From Frankiales bacterium (GTDB lineage Bacteria > Actinomycetota > Actinomycetes > Mycobacteriales > SCTD01), in assembly GCA_025965495.1 (NCBI GenBank), contig JAOPWW010000339.1, positions 1-30,174 of the forward strand: DNA of 30,174 bases, in the 5' to 3' direction. Positions 23,891-30,174 of the stretch are shown piece after piece. The notes under the pieces were generated by a model. That model was not told the DNA's origin, did no database searches, and saw only the letters and a program-made list of their open reading frames with translations. A program made the position numbers and the translations under genes. Each line of letters opens with the position of its first letter. Positions within the stretch are counted from its first letter, which is position 1.

Positions 23891-25167
23891 CCGCCACCCC
23901 GCGCCCCGGGCGCGTGACCACGATGCAGATCGGCATCACGCTGGTCGTCCTCGTCCTCGGCCTCGGCACCGTCCTGTTCCAGAAGAACTACCTGAGCACC
24001 AAGCTCGCCTCCGGCGAGACGGTCAAGGCGGACTTCTCCCGGGACTACCGCCTGCGCCCCTACATCAGCAAGGTGAAGGTGGCCGGCGTCGTGGTCGGCA
24101 CGGTCACCGGCGTGAAGGCCCTCGACAAGGGCGCTGCTCGCGTCACGATGAAGCTCGAGGACGGCACGCGCGGCAAGGTCGGTGCGGCACCCTCGGCGAA
24201 GATCCGTCCGGCGACCCTCCTGGGCGGCAACTACTACGTCGACCTCGTGCCGGGTGGTGACCGCACCAGGAAGCCCGGGTCGGTCATCCCGCTGGCCCGG
24301 ACCACGGTCCCCGTGGAGCTGGACGCCGTGCTCACCGCGCTGCGCACCCCGCAGCGCAAGGCGATCCAGGACGTGCCGCGGCAGCTCGACGGCGCGCTCA
24401 CGCACGGCGGTACCAAGGGCCTGCAGGAGCTCGCCGTCGCGGCGCCGGACAGCCTCCGCCGCGCCGCCGACGTCCTCGAGGCCGTGCGAGGCACCCAGCC
24501 CGAGTCGGACCTGCAGAAGCTCGTCCCGGGCCTGCAGTCCACGGCCCAGCAGCTCTCGAAGCGCCCCGGCCAGCTCGAGGGCAGCAGCGCCGACCTCGCC
24601 GTCGGCAGCGAGGTGCTCGCCCAGCGGGCCGCCGCCATCAACGCGACGCTGGCCCGGGCCCCGCTGGCGCTGGACCAGACGCGCGAAGGCCTCGCCCGCC
24701 TGTCCGGCGTCCTGGACGCGCTCGACGAGACGTCCGTGGCCGCCCGGCCGTCGGTCCGCGAGCTCGGCCGGTTCCTCGACAGCGCGGAGCCGGCCGTCCG
24801 GGCAGCCCGCCCGGTCGTCGCCGACCTCCGTCCGCTGATGACGGACCTGCGCGCCACCACCCACGAGCTCCTGCCGGCCGTCGGGGCGGCACAGACCGTG
24901 GTCGACGACGTCCGCGGGCCGGTGATCGACCGGGTGCGCGGCCCCATCACGCAGGCACTGGTGAAGCCGTACCGCAACGGCGACGAGTTCTACAAGTCCT
25001 TCGCCTCCTTCTGGTCGAACATGAACGGCACCTCGATGATCTCCGACCGGAACGGCAGCCAGATCGGGTTCCAGCCCGGCTTCGCCGGTGAGACGCCCCA
25101 GACGCCCGAGATCAAGAGCGTGATCGACCTGCTCACCTCCATCGACGAAGCCGGAGCCGTCAAGTGA
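23887..25167 (+). CDS. mce: MCE-family protein 4
   Basis: N-terminal TM; SKVKVAGVVVGTV...TLLGGNYYVDLVPG; ATGA overlap. Confidence 0.88.
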   Translation: MTATPRPGRVTTMQIGITLVVLVLGLGTVLFQKNYLSTKLASGETVKADFSRDYRLRPYISKVKVAGVVVGTVTGVKALDKGAARVTMKLEDGTRGKVGAAPSAKIRPATLLGGNYYVDLVPGGDRTRKPGSVIPLARTTVPVELDAVLTALRTPQRKAIQDVPRQLDGALTHGGTKGLQELAVAAPDSLRRAADVLEAVRGTQPESDLQKLVPGLQSTAQQLSKRPGQLEGSSADLAVGSEVLAQRAAAINATLARAPLALDQTREGLARLSGVLDALDETSVAARPSVRELGRFLDSAEPAVRAARPVVADLRPLMTDLRATTHELLPAVGAAQTVVDDVRGPVIDRVRGPITQALVKPYRNGDEFYKSFASFWSNMNGTSMISDRNGSQIGFQPGFAGETPQTPEIKSVIDLLTSIDEAGAVK

Positions 25168-26417
25168 GCGCCTCGCTCGCCCAGCGCTGGGCCCGCACGA
25201 AGGCCGAGCCCGGCCTCGGCCGGGACGTCCGCGTCCTCATCGCCACCGTCGTGGCCGGAGTGCTGGTGGGCGGCTACGTCCTGTTCATGCAGCGCGTCGA
25301 GCCCCCGTGGACCGGCAGCTACACCTTCGCCGGGGAGTTCCAGTCGGTGCCGGCCGTCAGCCCCGGCAACGGCCAGGAGGTCCGCATCGCGGGCGTCCCC
25401 GTCGGCTCCATCACCAAGGCGAGCGTGACGGACGCCGGCACGGCGAAGCTCACCATGAAGCTCGACGAGGGCACCGTCGTCTACAAGGACGCGAAGCTCC
25501 TGCTGCGCCCGAAGAGCCCGCTCAACGAGATGTACGTCGAGATGGACCCGGGCACCGCGAAGGCCGGCAAGCTGCGCGAGGGCGGCACGATCGCCAAGTC
25601 GCAGACGGCGCAGCCGGTCCTGGTCGACGAGGTCCTCGGCAACCTCGACAAGCGCAGCCGCGACGCGCTCAGCAGCCTGCTCGCGGAGTCGGACGTGGCC
25701 CTGGCCCACGCCCAGCCCGACCTCGTCGACGGCATCGGGTCGGTCAAGGACACCGTCGTCGACCTCAAGCCGCTCGCGACCGCCCTGCAGACCCGCCGCG
25801 ACAAGATCGCCCGGCTCGTCACCGACGTCAGCCGCATCTCCCAGGTGGTGGGCGGCAAGGACCAGCGCCTCGCCGCCCTGGCGAACGACACGAGCCGCAC
25901 GCTGGCCACGGTGTCCAGCAACAACGACGCCCTGTCGGCCAGCCTCGCCGACCTGCCGGGTGTGGTCGACGAGCTCGGCAACGCGACGAGCAAGGTCGAC
26001 GGCCTCGCCGACGAGCTCACGCCCACGCTCAAGGACGTCACCGCCGCCAGCAAGGACCTCCCGCCGGCCCTGCGCGAGCTGACCGACACGGTCGAGAGCC
26101 TGCGCACGTTCTCGGACAAGGCCCGCCCGGTGATCGCTGACGCCCGGCCGGTCGTCGCCGGCCTGCGCCCCGTGGTCCGCGACCTCAACACCTCGCTGCG
26201 CCGGATCAGCCCGATCACCGCGAAGCTCGACCAGGACACGGCCCTGCTGGTGCCGTACCTCGTCGGGGTGCAGGACTTCTTCTACAACACGATGCAGCTC
26301 ACGACCCTCTCGGACGCCAACGGCGGCATCTTCCGCGGCATCGTCCAGGAGGGCTCGACCGCCCTGCCCGTCACCGCCCCCGGCATCCCCGCCGCGACCT
26401 CCCGGAGCGCCAAGTGA
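25164..26417 (+). CDS. mce: MCE-family protein 5
   Basis: N-terminal TM; GQEVRIAGVPVGSI...SPLNEMYVEMDPG; GTGA overlap. Confidence 0.88.
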   Translation: MSASLAQRWARTKAEPGLGRDVRVLIATVVAGVLVGGYVLFMQRVEPPWTGSYTFAGEFQSVPAVSPGNGQEVRIAGVPVGSITKASVTDAGTAKLTMKLDEGTVVYKDAKLLLRPKSPLNEMYVEMDPGTAKAGKLREGGTIAKSQTAQPVLVDEVLGNLDKRSRDALSSLLAESDVALAHAQPDLVDGIGSVKDTVVDLKPLATALQTRRDKIARLVTDVSRISQVVGGKDQRLAALANDTSRTLATVSSNNDALSASLADLPGVVDELGNATSKVDGLADELTPTLKDVTAASKDLPPALRELTDTVESLRTFSDKARPVIADARPVVAGLRPVVRDLNTSLRRISPITAKLDQDTALLVPYLVGVQDFFYNTMQLTTLSDANGGIFRGIVQEGSTALPVTAPGIPAATSRSAK

Positions 26418-27721
26418 AGCTGCACTTCTCCGCCGCCTCGCTGCCCCGCTGGCGCCTGGGGACCGTCGTGGTCTTCACCCTGCTCAGCCTGGCGATGTTC
26501 CTGTTCCTCTGGGTCAACAGCGGCGGTCACCTCCCGGGCGTCGGCAACACGTACAGGGTCGCCGTCCAGGTGCCGAACGCCCAGAACCTCGTCGCGAACT
26601 CCGACGTCACGGTCGCCGGAGTGAAGATCGGCAAGGTCGAGTCGATCAAGACCGTGAACGGCGTCGCCCGGGCCGTCCTCGGCCTGGACCACGAGGTCGT
26701 CCCGCTGCACGAGGGCGCCACGGTGGCCCTGCGCAGCAAGACCCTCATCGAGGAGACGTACCTCGACATCTCCGACGGCTCCGGCAAGGCCATGGCGAGC
26801 GACGCGGTGCTGCCCGTCACGGCGACCAAGCCGGCCGCGCACCTCGACGACGTCCTGAACAGCCTCGACAAGCCGACGCTCACCGCCCTCGGACAGCTGG
26901 TCCGCAGCGGGGACGACGCGACGCAGGGTCGCTCGGCGGACATCGCCGCGACGCTCTCGGCCCTGGGCGTCCTCGGTCGGGACGGGCACGACGTCCTCGA
27001 CGCCCTCGCGGCCCAGGGCGAGGACCTCAAGACGCTGTCGCGCAGCACGACCCGGGTCCTGTCGGCGCTGGACACGAACCAGGGCGACATCTCCACCCTC
27101 GTCACCGCGGCCTCGGGCAACATGCGGGCCGGCGCGGCCCAGAAGGACGCGATCGCGGCCACCGTGACCCGTCTGCCCGGGACGCTGCGGTCGGCGCGCG
27201 CCGCCACCACGGACCTCCGCGTCCTGTCCCGCGACCTCGCTCCCGTCGCCCGCAACCTCAAGGTCGCGGCACCCGGCCTGCGCAGCACCGTCGCGGAGCT
27301 CCCGGAGGCCACCCGCCAGCTGGAGGCGACGATCCCGTCGCTGAACACGCTGCTCGACCGCGCACCGGCCACCCTGACCCGGGTGCCCGCCTTCAGCTCC
27401 GCCACCAGCGGGCTGGTCCCGCCGGCGCGGCAGGTCATGGCCGACCTCAACCCGATGCTCGGCTACCTCGAGCCGTACGGCCCGGAGATCTCCGCCTTCT
27501 TCACGACCATCGGCGGCGCCGTCAACCCGGTCGACGGGAACGGCGGGTACATCCGGGTCAACGCGATCTTCCAGCCCCAGTCGGTGACCGGGCTCCCCGT
27601 CGCCACCAACGGGCTGACCCCGGGGACGGGCGCGAACCCCTACCCTGCGCCGGGTGAGAACCGCGCCCCGAAGCCCGTGTTCACCGGCACGTACACGAGG
27701 GTGACCAGGGACGTGCCGTGA
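26414..27721 (+). CDS. mce: MCE-family protein 6
   Basis: N-terminal TM; NLVANSDVTVAGVKIGKV...TLIEETYLDI; DGNGGYIR; GTGA overlap. Confidence 0.88.
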   Translation: MKLHFSAASLPRWRLGTVVVFTLLSLAMFLFLWVNSGGHLPGVGNTYRVAVQVPNAQNLVANSDVTVAGVKIGKVESIKTVNGVARAVLGLDHEVVPLHEGATVALRSKTLIEETYLDISDGSGKAMASDAVLPVTATKPAAHLDDVLNSLDKPTLTALGQLVRSGDDATQGRSADIAATLSALGVLGRDGHDVLDALAAQGEDLKTLSRSTTRVLSALDTNQGDISTLVTAASGNMRAGAAQKDAIAATVTRLPGTLRSARAATTDLRVLSRDLAPVARNLKVAAPGLRSTVAELPEATRQLEATIPSLNTLLDRAPATLTRVPAFSSATSGLVPPARQVMADLNPMLGYLEPYGPEISAFFTTIGGAVNPVDGNGGYIRVNAIFQPQSVTGLPVATNGLTPGTGANPYPAPGENRAPKPVFTGTYTRVTRDVP

Positions 27722-30120
27722 GGTGGTCCCGCTCTCCGGCGGGACCTGGCACCGACCCGGACAGTCCGCCGCGACGCCGGCACGCGCGCCTCGCGCGTGC
27801 CGGCGCCGCGGCCGCCGTGGTGGCGGTGCTCGCCGTCCTGCTCGGTGGTGTCGCCCAGGTCCGCTTCGACACGAGCTTCTCCTCCCTGTTCGACCAGGGC
27901 ACCCGTGAGGGACGCGACTACGCCGGTGTCCAGAAGTCCTTCGGCGCGGAGCCGATCACGGTCCTCGTCGAGAGGCCCGGGGAGCCGAAGGCGCTGCTCA
28001 AGAGCGCCACGCTGCCCGCCCTGCTCAAGCTGGAGGGCGAGCTCGCCGGCCTCGACGACGCCGCGGTCGTCTACGGCCCGGCGACGGTCCTCAACCAGAT
28101 CGCCGCCAGCGCCCAGAAGTTCATCGTCCAGGTCACGGGCACCCGGGACGGCCTGCGGCAGCGGGCGGTCAAGGAGGCGAAGGAGCGGGGTGCGACCGAC
28201 GCCGAGGCGGCAGCCGCCGGCGACCGGGCGCTCGTGCCGTTCGACGAGCGGTACGGCGCCCTGCTGACCCAGGGCCTGCCGGCCGGCCTGCCGACGCTGC
28301 GCAACCAGAACTTCATCGACGCCACCGCGTACGGCAAGGACGGGAAGCCCCGGCCCGAGCTCCGGTTCGTCGTGCCGGACTCCACGTCGGTCGCGATCCT
28401 CGTCCGGCCCCGCGAGGGACTGGACCAGGACGCGGAACGGCGCCTCGAGTCGCAGATCCACGGCGTGCTGCGGCAGGACCCGATCCCCGGCAGTCACGTC
28501 CTGGTGACGGGTCCGGCCGTCGTGCTGCAGGCCCTCGCCGTGGACGTCCAGGGTCAGCTCCCCCTGCTGGCGGTGCTGGCCGTGGTCGCCGTCGCGACCA
28601 TGCTGCTCCTCGGGCACCGCCGCGACCTCCGGTCACCGCGGCGCGCGGCGCGCCTGCTCGTGCCGCTGCTGGCCAGCCTCGGTGCCGTGCTCGTCCTGAC
28701 CTCGGTGCTCGGCTGGGCGGACGTCCCGGCCACGCTCGGTCTGCTCACCCTGCTGCCCGTGCTGCTCGGCGTCGGCACCGACGTCCCGGTCTACCTCTCC
28801 CGGCTCGGCAAGGACCGTCGGCTGGCGGTCGCTGCGCTCGCCACCGGCGCCGGCTTCTACAGCACCGCGCTGTCCCCGGTCCCCTTCGTGCGCGGCCTCG
28901 GGCTGCTGCTCGGCACCGGTGTCCTGCTGGCCGCGGCGATCGGCTGGTTCCTGCCGGCGGTGGAGCCCCAGCAGCGCCCCGCTGCCGTCGCGCGCACCGC
29001 GACGACGCCCCGGTTCCCCGTGCGGACGCTGCGGGCGCTCACCCTCGTGGCTGCCGTCGTGGCCGCCGCCGGCTGGGCGGTGCTGCCCTCGATCGGCATC
29101 ACCTCCGACCCCGCCAGCCTGGCCAGCGGCCTCGGCGCCCTCGACGACGCCCACCGGGCGCAGGACAGGCTGGGCGCGATCAGCGAGATCGACGTGCTGC
29201 TCCGGGGCGACGCCCTCAGCCCGGCGGCGCTCGCGTGGTCGACGAAGGCCGCGGAGGCGGTGATCGTCCACGACGCCGACCGGCTCAAGCCGATCTCCTC
29301 GCCGGCGTCGCTGCTGGGCTTCCTCGGGCCGACGCCGACCACCGAGCAGGTCCGGTCGGCGGTCCAGCTCCTGCCGGCCTACCTGCTCGGGGTCGCCGTC
29401 GCGCCCGACGGCCAGTCCTCCGTCCTGTCCTACGGCCTGCGGGCCGACGACGTCGCCGGCCAGCAGGACCTCGTCGACTCCCTGCGCCGGCTGCTCCCGC
29501 CGCCGCCCCGCGACACCACCGTGTCGGTGACCGGAGTCCCGGTCCTCGCGAGCGCGCAGCTGCAGGAGCTCGAGCGCAGCCGGGTCAGTGCCAACGTCAT
29601 CGGTGTGCTCGTGCCGAGCCTGGTCCTGCTCCTGCTGCTCGGGCGGAGCCGCTGGCGCGACAGCGCCCTCGCTGCCAGCGCTGCGGTCATCGCCACCGGG
29701 ACCGGGTTCCTCCTGCTGTGGACCGCGGGCATCGCCTTCACGCCGTTGACCCTCGCCCTCGGCTCGCTCACGGCGGCGGTCGGGTGCGAGTTCAGCGTCG
29801 TCCTCGGGTCACGGCAGGGCGAGGACAGCCGCAGGGGCGTCCTGCTCGCCGCCGGCGCGTGCCTGGCCGGCTACCTGTCCCTGGCGGTGTCCGGGCTCGA
29901 CGTCATCCGGGACTTCGGGCTCGTCCTCGCCGGCTCCGTCGTCCTGGGCTACGCCAGCTCCCGGCTGGTCACGGCCGCCTGGGTGCCGACCGGCGCGGCC
30001 GACGGCGGAACGGCCCGAGGCGGCGTCAGGCAGGCAGACTCCGACCCGGCAGCACACGACGACGGTCCGGCGGACGCCCGCCGCCCCAGCCCCGCGATGA
30101 CCAGGAGTGCGACCACATGA
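27718..30120 (+). CDS. MMPL/RND-superfamily transporter (two TM+loop repeats, about 12 TM)
   Basis: TM1, large extracytoplasmic loop, VTG, 5 TMs, repeated twice; TM4 GVGTD and TM10 AVGCEF acidic motifs; SPVPFVRGLG / SGLDVIRDFG repeats. Confidence 0.8.
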   Translation: MRWSRSPAGPGTDPDSPPRRRHARLARAGAAAAVVAVLAVLLGGVAQVRFDTSFSSLFDQGTREGRDYAGVQKSFGAEPITVLVERPGEPKALLKSATLPALLKLEGELAGLDDAAVVYGPATVLNQIAASAQKFIVQVTGTRDGLRQRAVKEAKERGATDAEAAAAGDRALVPFDERYGALLTQGLPAGLPTLRNQNFIDATAYGKDGKPRPELRFVVPDSTSVAILVRPREGLDQDAERRLESQIHGVLRQDPIPGSHVLVTGPAVVLQALAVDVQGQLPLLAVLAVVAVATMLLLGHRRDLRSPRRAARLLVPLLASLGAVLVLTSVLGWADVPATLGLLTLLPVLLGVGTDVPVYLSRLGKDRRLAVAALATGAGFYSTALSPVPFVRGLGLLLGTGVLLAAAIGWFLPAVEPQQRPAAVARTATTPRFPVRTLRALTLVAAVVAAAGWAVLPSIGITSDPASLASGLGALDDAHRAQDRLGAISEIDVLLRGDALSPAALAWSTKAAEAVIVHDADRLKPISSPASLLGFLGPTPTTEQVRSAVQLLPAYLLGVAVAPDGQSSVLSYGLRADDVAGQQDLVDSLRRLLPPPPRDTTVSVTGVPVLASAQLQELERSRVSANVIGVLVPSLVLLLLLGRSRWRDSALAASAAVIATGTGFLLLWTAGIAFTPLTLALGSLTAAVGCEFSVVLGSRQGEDSRRGVLLAAGACLAGYLSLAVSGLDVIRDFGLVLAGSVVLGYASSRLVTAAWVPTGAADGGTARGGVRQADSDPAAHDDGPADARRPSPAMTRSATT

Positions 30121-30174
30121 CGGCCCCCCGCCACCACGAGGACGTGCTCGACCCGCAGGCCGTCGAGGCCGGCG
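30117..30174 (+). CDS. 5' end of the next coupled gene (partial, MTAPRHHEDVLDPQAVEAG...)
   Basis: SD AGGAG at 30103-30107 and ATG overlapping the MMPL stop (ATGA). Confidence 0.6.
   Translation, partial: MTAPRHHEDVLDPQAVEAG

Noticed and set aside
95-30120. Assignment as an Mce4-type cholesterol locus
   Set aside because: No steroid ring enzymes or KstR/KstR2 boxes seen, and operon architecture differs; cannot be fully excluded without flanks

Overview
High-GC, actinobacterial-looking chromosomal segment with 26 complete and 2 partial CDSs; all but one lie on the + strand. I found no RNA genes, mobile elements or CRISPR arrays. There are three blocks. (1) 95-13532 is an acyl-CoA/lipid catabolic cluster: 2 acyl-CoA dehydrogenases, an HMG-CoA-lyase-like enzyme, 2 tandem crotonase paralogues, a double hot-dog thioesterase, 2 acyl-CoA ligases, an LLM oxidoreductase, a DECR-like SDR, an amine-oxidase-fold flavoprotein and a nitronate-monooxygenase-family protein. 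(2) 13657-16935 is a translationally coupled four-gene operon: NarL-type response regulator, soluble HisKA_3 kinase, an intact but catalytically degenerate MceG/MlaF-like ABC ATPase, and a small 4-TM protein. (3) 17049-30120 is an Mce lipid-transport operon (yrbEA, yrbEB, its own mceG, six mce genes) running directly into an MMPL/RND transporter and on past the window edge. Three intergenic FadR/GntR-type operators (W-GGTC-N-GACC-W) overlap predicted promoters of the catabolic genes and of the two-component operon. The best candidate for an undescribed system is the kinase/regulator/pseudo-ATPase/4-TM module beside an Mce-MMPL operon, possibly a transport-coupled sensing circuit for uptake of an unusual lipid. 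That function, the substrate and the taxon are inferences; no database searches were possible.
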